Assembly (NCBI GenBank): GCA_944376845.1
Contig: CALWDZ010000002.1
Location: 44,233 to 108,232 of the forward strand
DNA from: an uncultured Clostridia bacterium
Lineage (GTDB): Bacteria; Bacillota; Clostridia; Christensenellales; UBA1242
DNA length: 64,000 bases
Direction of reading: 5' to 3'
In this document: piece after piece, positions 9,316 to 19,120 of the stretch
Numbering within the stretch: position 1 is the stretch's first letter
How the letters are laid out: the number at the start of each line of letters is the position of its first letter
The notes under the pieces: model-generated
What the model saw: the letters and a program-made list of their open reading frames with translations, nothing else
Databases searched by the model: none
What the model was told of the DNA's origin: nothing
Position numbers and translations under genes: made by a program

Positions 9316-10227
9316 TCACCACTTTACAATCTTAGCAAATTTCTCATTGTATGTACCTTCATATGTCCCTGGCCCCTCACGTTTTGAAAGAAATACATAT
9401 CTCTGAAAATATTGAGATGGTAAATTAACAAAAAAGTCTTTACGCCTAAGCTCTTCAATGCTAGAAGCATGAGCAGTAGCCATAACCTTAACACCACAAT
9501 TCATTGCATCAATTAAGCACTTTGCGTCTTCTTTATCTCCAATTTCATCAGTAACAATTAGTCCCGGGTTCATTGACCTAATGCATTGCATAAAACCTAT
9601 TTGTTTACTACAAAAACTTACAATATCACAGAAATTACCAAGGTCTAATTTACTATCAATTCCACCAGCAATCTCGCCTCGTTCATCAACAACCGATACA
9701 TTTAAGCAATAGTTATGTTCTGAAAGTTGAAATAAAAAATCTCGCAAAAACGTAGTTTTGCCCGCACCAGGAGGAGAAACTATAAGGCAATTCTTTATGC
9801 CAGTTTCATCAACAATATCATCAAATGCACAAAGCGACATATTTTTGATTTGGTGAGGAATACGAATATTTATGCTAGTCCAGTTTGTTATGGTTTTTAC
9901 TTGTCCATTTTCTTCAACAACATTGCCACAAAGCCCTATTCTTACACCATTAGACATCGTAATATAGCCATTCTTTATTTGCTCATTGACTGAATAAATT
10001 GAATAATCACTGGCTTTGTAGACAATGTCCGCTATCATTTCCTGTGTGCAAAACATTGCACTATTCAAATCGCAACATAGCCCTTTGTCACTTATATAAT
10101 ATGGTTGACCTTTAACAAATACAACAATAGGTTTATTAGCCCTAAGCCTAATTTCAGATAAGGTCGATAATGCTATTTTATAATTAATTATATTTGCAAG
10201 AGGCTCCGAAAGTATTTCTTGTAACAT
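9316..10227 (-). CDS. spoIIIAA: Stage III sporulation ATPase AA
   Basis: EIRLR, SPPGAGKTT Walker A, VDERGEIA, RSMNP...DEIG. Confidence 0.95.
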   Translation of the reverse strand: MLQEILSEPLANIINYKIALSTLSEIRLRANKPIVVFVKGQPYYISDKGLCCDLNSAMFCTQEMIADIVYKASDYSIYSVNEQIKNGYITMSNGVRIGLCGNVVEENGQVKTITNWTSINIRIPHQIKNMSLCAFDDIVDETGIKNCLIVSPPGAGKTTFLRDFLFQLSEHNYCLNVSVVDERGEIAGGIDSKLDLGNFCDIVSFCSKQIGFMQCIRSMNPGLIVTDEIGDKEDAKCLIDAMNCGVKVMATAHASSIEELRRKDFFVNLPSQYFQRYVFLSKREGPGTYEGTYNEKFAKIVKW

Positions 10228-10282
10228 ATTTTTCTCCTATTACAATGTATAATGTGAGAAAAATTAAATCATAACTAAACAC

Positions 10283-10319
10283 AAAAAAAATATGCAATAT
10301 TATAAAATACTGCATATTT
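10283..10319 (-). terminator. Terminator after efp
   Basis: AAATATGCA...TGCATATTT inverted repeat plus poly-U on the minus strand. Confidence 0.55.
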
Positions 10320-10336
10320 CGACAAATTTTTAAATT

Positions 10337-10897
10337 TTACTTTACACGTTCCATATAACTGCCATCACGAGTATCAACACGTATTTTTTCACCATTGTTA
10401 ACAAAAAGTGGAACACCAATTACATAACCAGTTTCAAGAGTTGCTGGTTTGTAACTAGATTTTGCTGTATCCCCTTGAATACCAGGCTCACAATCAACAA
10501 TTGTAAGTTCAACAAATGTTGGTGGTTCAACTGAAAATGCTGTGCCTTTATAAAATTGAACTGTTGCCATCATATTTTCTGTAATAAAATTCATAGCATC
10601 TGCAACTTGCGATTTGTTAAAAGGAATTTGATCATATGTTTCCATATCCATAAAGTAATAAAGGTCACCTTCATGGTATAAATACTGCATTTCCTTTCTT
10701 TCGATGACTGCAACTTGGAATTTGTCAGTTGGATTAAAAGTTCTTTCTATAACCTGTCCTGTTATTACATTCTTTAACTTTGTTCTTACAAATGGGGAAC
10801 CTTTTCCTGGTTTTACATGCATAAATTCAACGACAGTGTAAACATTGCCCTCCATTTCAAAAGTAACGCCTTTTCTAAAATCTCCTGCTGTTATCAT
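10337..10897 (-). CDS. efp: Elongation factor P
   Basis: VKPGKG loop, [13 protein letters not shown]. Confidence 0.97.
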   Translation of the reverse strand: MITAGDFRKGVTFEMEGNVYTVVEFMHVKPGKGSPFVRTKLKNVITGQVIERTFNPTDKFQVAVIERKEMQYLYHEGDLYYFMDMETYDQIPFNKSQVADAMNFITENMMATVQFYKGTAFSVEPPTFVELTIVDCEPGIQGDTAKSSYKPATLETGYVIGVPLFVNNGEKIRVDTRDGSYMERVK

Positions 10898-10970
10898 AAA
10901 TTCTCCTTAAAAAAATGTTTATTGTATCATATAAATATTACCATATTTCACAACATAAATGCAACTGTTT

Positions 10971-11534
10971 TTAATGCCCATAACAGAAAATATAAGGTTT
11001 TTTAAAATATGGAGTCAATTTCATCAAACTATTTCTAAGGTCAATAAAACTACTATCATAAAAATCAGTTCTCCCTACACCATCTTTAAAAAATGTATCA
11101 CCACTGAAAAAATAATCATCAATCACATAGCAAACACTACCTCTGCTATGTCCTGGTGTATGGATGACTTCAACTTTAAATTCGCCAATTTCAAAAAATC
11201 CTTCCTCTAATAGATAATCTGCATAAAATACAGGAAAATCAATATTCAGCATTTTTGATAAATTGCCATCAGTGTAAAGTTTATCAGAATCATATTTGTG
11301 AATATATATTGCTATACCATCATCTTGAAAATGTTTACATGATAAGCAGTGATCAAAATGCCCATGAGTCAACAAAACACCAAGTACCTTTAATTTGTTT
11401 TGTTTTAAAAAACTAACAATATCGTTGTATACATTTCCAGGATCAATAACTAGTGCATGCACATCATTATATAAAACATATCCATTCTCAATGAGAACAT
11501 TTGAAACAAACTTTTGTATTTTAAGTTGATTCAT
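10971..11534 (-). CDS. MBL-fold metallo-hydrolase (glyoxalase II-like)
   Basis: THGHFDH, HTPGH, SGD. Confidence 0.9.
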   Translation of the reverse strand: MNQLKIQKFVSNVLIENGYVLYNDVHALVIDPGNVYNDIVSFLKQNKLKVLGVLLTHGHFDHCLSCKHFQDDGIAIYIHKYDSDKLYTDGNLSKMLNIDFPVFYADYLLEEGFFEIGEFKVEVIHTPGHSRGSVCYVIDDYFFSGDTFFKDGVGRTDFYDSSFIDLRNSLMKLTPYFKKPYIFCYGH

Positions 11535-12378
11535 ATATCTCCTTCAAAATTAGACTATCTGTAGCCATATTATCTTTCGATTCACAAATAATAGTTGGCG
11601 TAAGATTTAAATCTTTTATAACTTTTGCAAGCGGTGCAAAATCAGGACCATAAATTTCATCATCGTAATTCAAGTGTCTAATTTCACCTTTATCTTTATA
11701 TTCAATTTTTGAAAAATGAATATGACAACTTTTCGCACGTTCACCCAGTTTGGAAATTGCCAAATCTAAAATTTTTTTATAATCATCATAACCTTTTAAA
11801 CTTCCACCAGTTAAGGCATTTATATGACCAAAATCAAAAGTAGGAACCAGACACTCATCAAGTGTACAAAGGTCGATAATTTCCTCATAAGTACCTATTT
11901 GTTGTGGTTTACCCATAGTTTCAAGGCAAAGTCTTTTCCCACCTCTTAAAAAATCTCCATTTTTTAAAATAATCAAAAGGTTTTTTAAATTAGTTTTTAT
12001 ATTACATAGTGCTTCTTGTCTAGAAAGTTTACCACAAGAACCTATATGAACTACATAATCTACACCACCAAAACAATCTAAGAGTGTTAGACCGCGAGTT
12101 ATATATCCAAACGACTTTTCAATCATAGTCGAATCAGGATTGGCAAGATTGATATAATATGGAGCGTGACAAGAAATCAATACATCATTTTTCTTTGCTT
12201 CTTCACCAATTTTGATAGCAGTGTCCTCTTTTATTGTAAACCCCCTGCCAAAAGAAAACTCATATGCGTCAAGTCCCAAACTTCTAAGCCAAGCAGGTGC
12301 TTCGATGCTATGTTTATGACCTTGCTCATAAAATAGTTTTTGATTGCCTGATGGACCAAATCTAACTTTATTTATCAT
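11521..12378 (-). CDS. Endonuclease IV-like TIM-barrel protein
   Basis: HAPYYINLA, LETMGK, DFGH, HFSKIEY, IICES. Confidence 0.85.
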   Translation of the reverse strand: MINKVRFGPSGNQKLFYEQGHKHSIEAPAWLRSLGLDAYEFSFGRGFTIKEDTAIKIGEEAKKNDVLISCHAPYYINLANPDSTMIEKSFGYITRGLTLLDCFGGVDYVVHIGSCGKLSRQEALCNIKTNLKNLLIILKNGDFLRGGKRLCLETMGKPQQIGTYEEIIDLCTLDECLVPTFDFGHINALTGGSLKGYDDYKKILDLAISKLGERAKSCHIHFSKIEYKDKGEIRHLNYDDEIYGPDFAPLAKVIKDLNLTPTIICESKDNMATDSLILKEIYEST

Positions 12379-13079
12379 AAAATCTCACCTTCTTTTGCAT
12401 TTAACAATTTAAAATTATCATTTTTTATATCTTCAATAGTACAACTTTCAGAAATATCATATTTGCCACATCTTGTGCGTACAATTGCAAGCATAGTACC
12501 ACATGTAGATAATTCTGTAGCCATATCTCTACAAATACTACGAATATATGTACCGCCAGAACATGTTATTTCAAACATAAAAGTATTTCTTTTTATTTCG
12601 TTAATACATTTAATATCATATATCTCTATAAGTCGGGTTTTTAATTTAACGTATTCACCTTTTCGTGCTAGTTCATATGCCTTTTTGCCATTTACTTTTT
12701 TTGCAGAATATAGTGGAGGCATTTGTTCAAATTTACCTATAAACTTTTTACATACTGCATTTACTTGGTCTATTGTAATATCACAATCAATAGTTTTGAT
12801 TATCATACCCTCACTATCAAGAGTGTCCGTTTCTTTTCCAAAATAAAATATTGCTCTGTAAGTTTTTGTTTCACTTAAAAATTTATCAAACAATTTTGTT
12901 GATTTATTTATACCCAATATCAACACTCCACTACCAAGTGGATCAAGTGTTCCCATATGACCAATTTTATTTGGTTTTAAAATATGCTTTACAATTTGAA
13001 CTGCCTTATTACTAGACATTTGCGTAGGTTTATTCAGTACAATAATTCCATCATCAGTTAACATTGACATTATCTCCAT
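12375..13079 (-). CDS. truB: tRNA pseudouridine-55 synthase (short form)
   Basis: GHMGTLDP, PPLYSAKKVNGKKAYELAR, GTYIRS. Confidence 0.95.
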   Translation of the reverse strand: MEIMSMLTDDGIIVLNKPTQMSSNKAVQIVKHILKPNKIGHMGTLDPLGSGVLILGINKSTKLFDKFLSETKTYRAIFYFGKETDTLDSEGMIIKTIDCDITIDQVNAVCKKFIGKFEQMPPLYSAKKVNGKKAYELARKGEYVKLKTRLIEIYDIKCINEIKRNTFMFEITCSGGTYIRSICRDMATELSTCGTMLAIVRTRCGKYDISESCTIEDIKNDNFKLLNAKEGEIL

Positions 13080-14043
13080 TTTTTATTTCAGCCTCAACGC
13101 AGTTCAAAACTTTTTCAAGACATTTCTTCACATTCCCCCCAATTCTTCCTCCAGCCGCTTGTTTATGTCCGCCACCACCAAAATTCGATGCAACCTTTGC
13201 GACATCATATTCCTTTAGCGATCTAAAACTCAAAGAAAAAATTCCTTGCTGTTTTTCTATCATAGTAAAAGAAATTTTTGTTCCTTCAAAATTTAATAAT
13301 GTATTTACATAGTCACCAAAATCAGATTTTTGACAATTGTTATCTTGCATAAATTTTTGGTCAACAACAACAAACCTTATACTTTCTCTTTCTTGAATTA
13401 TTGCATCAAGTTTTTTAGTTAATTCATAGGTTCTTTTTGTAACAAGTTTAAATAAATTATAATTGACCAATTCATAATCTGCACCATTCTCAATAAGTTT
13501 TCCTGCAACATAATGTGAATTACTGGTTGTGTTATCATGCATAAAACAACCTGTATCATCAGATACACCCATATACAAAAAAGTGGAAACACTTTTATTT
13601 AATTTTATTCTAGAAATGGTTATCAATTTATATAACAACTCAGAGCAAGACGAAGTTTTATCAACATATGTTATATCACTGACTAAATCTCTTATAGAAT
13701 GATGATCAATTGAAATAGTGTTTTTATTTTCGTTAAATACGGTTTCATACTTACCAAGTTGATGCTTATCCGCAACGTCAACTGATATAAATAAATCATA
13801 ACTATCTTTATTAAATTCAATACTATTTATAAAACTGATATCTAAAAAAGAATACCTGGTTGGAATGTCATCATCAATAAAAGCATAGACTTCCTTATTT
13901 AACGCTTTACATAAAAAAGAAATGGCAGATAAACAGCCAAGACAATCACCATCTGGTGATTGATGACCAAAAACTGCCACCTTTGTACTTTTTTTAATCT
14001 TTTTCAGTATTGTCCTCATCCATAACCTCATCAGGAATGTCAA
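13054..14043 (-). CDS. nrnA: DHH/DHHA1 nanoRNase NrnA-like (true start probably slightly downstream)
   Basis: PDGDC, IDHH, DTG, GGGGHKQAAG. Confidence 0.88.
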   Translation of the reverse strand: MTFLMRLWMRTILKKIKKSTKVAVFGHQSPDGDCLGCLSAISFLCKALNKEVYAFIDDDIPTRYSFLDISFINSIEFNKDSYDLFISVDVADKHQLGKYETVFNENKNTISIDHHSIRDLVSDITYVDKTSSCSELLYKLITISRIKLNKSVSTFLYMGVSDDTGCFMHDNTTSNSHYVAGKLIENGADYELVNYNLFKLVTKRTYELTKKLDAIIQERESIRFVVVDQKFMQDNNCQKSDFGDYVNTLLNFEGTKISFTMIEKQQGIFSLSFRSLKEYDVAKVASNFGGGGHKQAAGGRIGGNVKKCLEKVLNCVEAEIKNGDNVNVN

Positions 14044-14371
14044 GCGTACTCAAAATTTCATTTATTTTGTCAGCATGCTTTGCCCCTTCGTCTAAAACAA
14101 ATGTAAGTTCTGGAGTATATGGCAATTTCACTTCTTTTACAAGTTCACGCTTTATATATCCTTCACTTTTTCGTAGTTGTTTTATAACAACATTTTCATT
14201 ACCTGTATAAACACTTATTCCAACCTTACAGTGTCTAAAATCCACAGAAAGATGAGCATATGTTACAGTAATGAATTCGCTAAGTCTAGGATCATTTAAT
14301 CTATTTTGAATAATATCTGCAAGAACTTTTTCTACTTCAGAATTTGCACGTTCTGTTCTTATACTGCTCAC
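13994..14371 (-). CDS. rbfA: Ribosome-binding factor A
   Basis: LNDPRL, YTPELTFVLD; follows infB. Confidence 0.92.
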   Translation of the reverse strand: MSSIRTERANSEVEKVLADIIQNRLNDPRLSEFITVTYAHLSVDFRHCKVGISVYTGNENVVIKQLRKSEGYIKRELVKEVKLPYTPELTFVLDEGAKHADKINEILSTLDIPDEVMDEDNTEKD

Positions 14372-14373
14372 AA

Positions 14374-16833
14374 TTAACCTCTTTTAATTTCAACTTTTTG
14401 ATAAACTTCCAAAACATCACCAACTTTGACATCTTGGCTATCTTTCAGTTTAATTCCACATTCATAACCATATGGAACTTCCGCTTTGTCATCTTTTTGT
14501 ATTCGAAGTGCAACTATGCTCGTTTCTAGAACTTTATCTTTTCCTCTGTATACATTTACAAACGCATTTCTAGCAACTTTTCCATCAGTCACATAACTTC
14601 CACAAACAACGCCACTTGTTGAAAGTTTGAACATCATTCTAACTTCTGCATGCCCAATAATCTGCTCTTCATATTTAATGCTAAGCATACCATTAAGTGC
14701 CTTAGATATTTCATCTACTACTTCATAAATAATCTTATATGACTTGATTTGAACCGACATTGAATCCGCCAGTTGTTCAATTTTTGATGAAATTTTTAAA
14801 TTGAAATTTATGATAACGGCACCACAAGCCTGAGCAAGTAAAAGGTCCGATTCTGTAACAGGTCCCGCTCCACTATGGATACAAACAACTCTTGCTTCTT
14901 CGTTTTTAAGTGCAACCAATGATTGTTTTAGCGCTTCAACAGAACCTTGAACATCAGCCTTAATAATGATATTTAACGCTTTAAGTTTGCCTTCGTTTAC
15001 TTTATCCATAAAATCTTCAAGTGAAACACCGCTGGTTGAATGAGAGCGAAGTTCTTTTGCTTTAGCAATACGTTCATCAATTACTTGTTTAGATAACTTT
15101 TCATCTACTGCAAATACTCTATCTCCTGAATTAGGAACGCTATCAAGGCCAAGGACTGCAACTGGTGTGCTAGGTCCAGCAGATTTAACTGGTTTACCAT
15201 TTTCATCAAACATTGCCCTAACTTTACCAAATGATGTACCGCTGATGATTGAATCTCCAATGTGGAGTGTACCATTTTGTACAAGCACTGTAGCAACAGC
15301 ACCACGATTTTTATCTAATTCCGCTTCGAGAACTGAACCTGTCGCACTAGATTTAGGATTTGCTTTAAGTTCAGAAACTTCTGCAACAAGTAATATTGTT
15401 TTAAGCAGTTCGTCAAGCCCTAAACCTTGCTTTGCCGAAACTGGCACCAAAATTGCATCTCCACCCCATTCTTCAGGCAAAACTCCATTTTCAGCCAACT
15501 GTTGTTTAACTCTTTCAATATTCGCTTCAGGCTTATCTATTTTGTTAATTGCCACAATCATAGGAACCTCTGCTGCTTTGATATGGTTAATCGCTTCTAC
15601 AGTTTGTGGCATAATTCCATCGTCGGCTGCAACCACTAATATAGCAATGTCAGTAACTTTTGCACCACGAGCACGCATAGCGGTAAAAGCAGCGTGACCT
15701 GGTGTATCTATAAAGGTAATTTTTTCTCCATTGTAGTCAATTTGATATGCGCCAATCTTTTGCGTAATTCCACCTGCTTCACCAGCAACAACATTGGTCT
15801 TTCTTATAGCGTCTAGAAGCGATGTCTTACCATGGTCAACATGTCCCATAACTGCCACAACTGGTGGACGTTTTACCATATCTTTTTCGTCGTGTTCATG
15901 TTCTTTGACATCATCCAAAAGTTGCTCTTCGTAAGTTTTTTCAATTTTTTGTTCAAGTTTTACACCAAGTTCACTTGCAACAAGTTCGGCTGTCATAAAG
16001 TCAATCGAACTATTGATATTAGCCATTATACCAAGCATCATTAATTGCTTTATAATCTCAGTGACAGGTCTTCCAGTTTTTTCTGAAAGTGTTTTTACTG
16101 TTACATCTTCAGTTGTTATAACCGCATTTTCAACCTTTGGAGCAACAAAAGTTTTTTGTTCTTTTTTCTTATGAGCAAGTTTTCTGTTACCCATTCTCTC
16201 GCCATCAAAGTCCACACTATCATCTACAATGAAGTTTTTACGCAAAAGTGCCCGCTTGTTGGTTTGACGTTTTTCTTCCGGTGCTCTATTAGACTTGTTT
16301 TTATTTCCATAGTTGCGTTCTGGTTGAGATAGTACGCTACTACTTTCTAAAGGCTCAAAAACCTTAAACGAATTGGCTTTAGAACTAACAAAATTATTTC
16401 CTTTAGGACGATTTCCAAATGGTTTATTTTGCTGACCAAAACGATTGTTTTGAGATGGTCTTTGATTTTGAAAACCAGGTTTTTTAAAATCACGATTATT
16501 TTGCTTTTGTGGAAATTCTCGTCTTTTATCGTAATTTATTTTATTTTGGTTTGTTTTTGTCTGTTGAGTTTGTCCCATATGATTTTGACTTTCTGTTTTA
16601 TTTACTACTGTTTGAGTTTGAGAAGTTTCTTTTGTTTGTGCCTCTTGAACTGTTAAACGTGTTTGTTTTTCTGCTTGGAATGTTCTTAGAACATCGTCAA
16701 GTTGAGATTTTGACGCCCTTAAATCACGAAGCAGTATTTGAACTGTTCCGTTTCTTTGAAGGCCAAATATAGATTTCAAGTTGTTTAATCCGTTTTGTTG
16801 TTTTTCTGCTTGTTTATTTATCAATGTTTTCAC
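14374..16833 (-). CDS. infB: Translation initiation factor IF-2
   Basis: RPPVVAVMGHVDHGKTSLLD, DTPGHAAF, NKID; exact start uncertain. Confidence 0.97.
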   Translation of the reverse strand: MKTLINKQAEKQQNGLNNLKSIFGLQRNGTVQILLRDLRASKSQLDDVLRTFQAEKQTRLTVQEAQTKETSQTQTVVNKTESQNHMGQTQQTKTNQNKINYDKRREFPQKQNNRDFKKPGFQNQRPSQNNRFGQQNKPFGNRPKGNNFVSSKANSFKVFEPLESSSVLSQPERNYGNKNKSNRAPEEKRQTNKRALLRKNFIVDDSVDFDGERMGNRKLAHKKKEQKTFVAPKVENAVITTEDVTVKTLSEKTGRPVTEIIKQLMMLGIMANINSSIDFMTAELVASELGVKLEQKIEKTYEEQLLDDVKEHEHDEKDMVKRPPVVAVMGHVDHGKTSLLDAIRKTNVVAGEAGGITQKIGAYQIDYNGEKITFIDTPGHAAFTAMRARGAKVTDIAILVVAADDGIMPQTVEAINHIKAAEVPMIVAINKIDKPEANIERVKQQLAENGVLPEEWGGDAILVPVSAKQGLGLDELLKTILLVAEVSELKANPKSSATGSVLEAELDKNRGAVATVLVQNGTLHIGDSIISGTSFGKVRAMFDENGKPVKSAGPSTPVAVLGLDSVPNSGDRVFAVDEKLSKQVIDERIAKAKELRSHSTSGVSLEDFMDKVNEGKLKALNIIIKADVQGSVEALKQSLVALKNEEARVVCIHSGAGPVTESDLLLAQACGAVIINFNLKISSKIEQLADSMSVQIKSYKIIYEVVDEISKALNGMLSIKYEEQIIGHAEVRMMFKLSTSGVVCGSYVTDGKVARNAFVNVYRGKDKVLETSIVALRIQKDDKAEVPYGYECGIKLKDSQDVKVGDVLEVYQKVEIKRG

Positions 16834-17131
16834 CTCTCATACTCTCTAATATTTTATCTGAAATTGCTTTATTTTTAAAGGCAATAATTTTGCAATTTTT
16901 TATACTAATTATTGATAAAAACTCTTCTTCATTCAGTTTTACTACCTTATAATCAGTAGTACTTTTTATACTTTTTAAAATTCCCAGTAAATTGTTTGAA
17001 GGGTTTGTATATAAAACTAAATATAACTTTTTTGAATAGTTTTTTAAATTATCTTGTCCTATTATTGCAAAACCGCCTTTTCTTGCAATATCAACATACC
17101 TTTTAACTTCATTTTGTTGTTTTGGTGTCAA
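16814..17131 (-). CDS. L7Ae-family protein (YlxQ position), divergent
   Basis: IARKGG...G pattern; lies between ylxR and infB. Confidence 0.6.
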   Translation of the reverse strand: MTPKQQNEVKRYVDIARKGGFAIIGQDNLKNYSKKLYLVLYTNPSNNLLGILKSIKSTTDYKVVKLNEEEFLSIISIKNCKIIAFKNKAISDKILESMRGENIDK

Positions 17132-17363
17132 TCATACCCTCTTTAATTGATTTTAAATTTTCTTCACATACTGCAGTTTTAAAAACTTTGCTAAGTGACT
17201 TTGAATTTAATGTGGTCACGCAGTTTTTGCATACATAAACGCCACGACCAGAATGTTTTCGCTTATTGTCAATAATTATTGCATCCTCTAATTTTGCAAG
17301 TCGCAAAAGTTCATTTTGAGGCAGACGATTTCTGCATGCAATGCACATTCTTAAAACTTCCAT
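17109..17363 (-). CDS. ylxR: YlxR/DUF448 family protein (RnpM)
   Basis: RMCIACR, GRGVYVC. Confidence 0.88.
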   Translation of the reverse strand: MEVLRMCIACRNRLPQNELLRLAKLEDAIIIDNKRKHSGRGVYVCKNCVTTLNSKSLSKVFKTAVCEENLKSIKEGMIDTKTTK

Positions 17364-17366
17364 ATT

Positions 17367-18539
17367 TTAATCACCGTTTTCTTCTATGTCATCAATGTCT
17401 TCTAAAGTTGCAAAACTATCTTCATCAACTCCAAGGTCAGTAAGTTCATACTCAACTTCTTTAACATCTGAATCTGATTTAACTGAACTCTCTGGTTTAA
17501 CATCTATCTTCCAGCCAGTAAGTCTAGCGGCAAGTCTGACATTTTGTCCACCTTTTCCTATTGCTAATGAAAGTTTGTCATCTGGAACAATAACTCTTGA
17601 AGATTTTAAACTTTCATTTATTTCAACGCTAATAACTTTTGCTGGACTTAATGCATTTGCAATATATTCAAGCGGATCTTCAGAATATGGAACAAGGTCT
17701 ATTTTCTCACCATTGATTTCATTCATTATAGTATTTATTCTGACTCCACGATTACCTACACAAGCACCAAGTGCATCAATGTGAGGTTTTGTTGCCATTA
17801 TTGCCACTTTACTACGATTACCAGGATCTCTTGCTATATTTTTAATGACTACTTCTCCAGTCTCAATTTCAGGAACTTCGATTTCAAAAAGTTTTCTTAA
17901 GAAACCAATATTGCTTCTTGAAACTTGGATTTGAACGCCTTTGAAACTATCCTTTATTTTTTTAACATATACTTTAACTCTGTCATTAACATGGAAAGTT
18001 TCTCCTGGAATTTGATCTTGTTCAAGCATGACACCTTCAGTGTGTGAACCTGCAATTTGCACATATACAACACCTTGCTCAATTCTCTTAACAACGGTGG
18101 TTAAAAGTTCATCCTCTTTTTCACTCAATTCTCCAAGCGTTATTTGTTTTTCAATTTCTTTCAATTTTTGCATTACAACTTGTTTCGCTGTTTGCGCTGC
18201 AATTCTTCCAAAGTCTTTAGTATTTTCTTCTTGCGTTACTGTATCTCCAATTTTATAACTTGACTTTATTTTTTTTGCATCTTCTAAAGAAATTTCTTTA
18301 TCAGGATTTTCAACTTCCTCAACTACTGTCTTATAACTATAAATTTTTATTGTATTTCTCTCAGGAATGAGTTTAACTTGAGCACTTTTTGCTTCACCAT
18401 ACATCTTTTTGTATGCCGAAGTAAGTGCTGATTCAAGCGCTTCTATAAGTTGATCAGCGTTGATTTTTTTTGTTGTTTCAAGTTCTTCTAATGCTTGAAA
18501 AAAATCTTTGTTTATCATTTTGTTCTCCTTAAAATTCAA
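17367..18539 (-). CDS. nusA: Transcription elongation factor NusA
   Basis: FGRIAAQTAKQV, LSLAIGKGGQNVRLAARLTGWKID. Confidence 0.97.
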   Translation of the reverse strand: MNFKENKMINKDFFQALEELETTKKINADQLIEALESALTSAYKKMYGEAKSAQVKLIPERNTIKIYSYKTVVEEVENPDKEISLEDAKKIKSSYKIGDTVTQEENTKDFGRIAAQTAKQVVMQKLKEIEKQITLGELSEKEDELLTTVVKRIEQGVVYVQIAGSHTEGVMLEQDQIPGETFHVNDRVKVYVKKIKDSFKGVQIQVSRSNIGFLRKLFEIEVPEIETGEVVIKNIARDPGNRSKVAIMATKPHIDALGACVGNRGVRINTIMNEINGEKIDLVPYSEDPLEYIANALSPAKVISVEINESLKSSRVIVPDDKLSLAIGKGGQNVRLAARLTGWKIDVKPESSVKSDSDVKEVEYELTDLGVDEDSFATLEDIDDIEENGD

Positions 18540-18990
18540 TAACTGGACTAATTTGTGCTATTTCGCTGTGTTTTAAAACGACGAGTTTATCATCGACTGC
18601 TACTGTAACATCATTTTCGGTATAGTCCTTTAATAAACCGATGTAGTTCTTAATGCCATCAATTTGCTTGTAAAGAGTTACTTTTACTTTTTTATCCTTA
18701 TTTCGTAGAAAATCTTTATAGTTCTTGATTGGTCTATCAAGTCCAGGTGAACTAATATTTAATAAATATGGTTCTCCTTGAGTTGGGTCAAGTTCATCCA
18801 GTGCGTCGGAGATTGCATCATTAACCTTTTCACAATCATCTACCGTTACACCATTTTCTTTATCAATGTAAAAAGTCAAATTCATTCCGTCAACTTTTTT
18901 TTGATACTCCACCTCAACAACTTCATATCCAAGTTTTTCAATGATTGGACATATTTTTTCATTGCAAAGGCCAACAACTTTACTTGCCAT
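18529..18990 (-). CDS. rimP: Ribosome maturation factor RimP
   Basis: DDCE, YLLNISSPGLDRP. Confidence 0.95.
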   Translation of the reverse strand: MASKVVGLCNEKICPIIEKLGYEVVEVEYQKKVDGMNLTFYIDKENGVTVDDCEKVNDAISDALDELDPTQGEPYLLNISSPGLDRPIKNYKDFLRNKDKKVKVTLYKQIDGIKNYIGLLKDYTENDVTVAVDDKLVVLKHSEIAQISPVIEF

Positions 18991-19012
18991 AAATTACTCC
19001 TTTACTACAAGT

Positions 19013-19083
19013 AAGAGTGGGCAAGATTTTGCCCACTCTTAGTCTAGCATATATAGTCTATCACAACATTTTGTTTTAATCAA
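19013..19083 (-). promoter_or_regulatory. rimP-nusA promoter and leader hairpin
   Basis: TTGATT-17-TAGACT with extended TG (19083-19055), then perfect 12-bp stem AAGAGTGGGCAA/TTGCCCACTCTT (19013-19040), the GAGTGGG...CCCACTC element typical upstream of Firmicute rimP. Confidence 0.7.
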
Positions 19084-19120
19084 TTGTTTTTGTAAAAAAA
19101 TTTATATAAAATAATATTAC

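Noticed and set aside
16814-17131. L7Ae-like gene as the OLE partner OapC
   Set aside because: OapC is YbxF (rpsL locus); this gene occupies the ylxQ position in the nusA-infB operon
19041-19120. Frameshifted remainder of polC
   Set aside because: Only ~130 bp separate the stop from rimP, and they hold the promoter and leader hairpin
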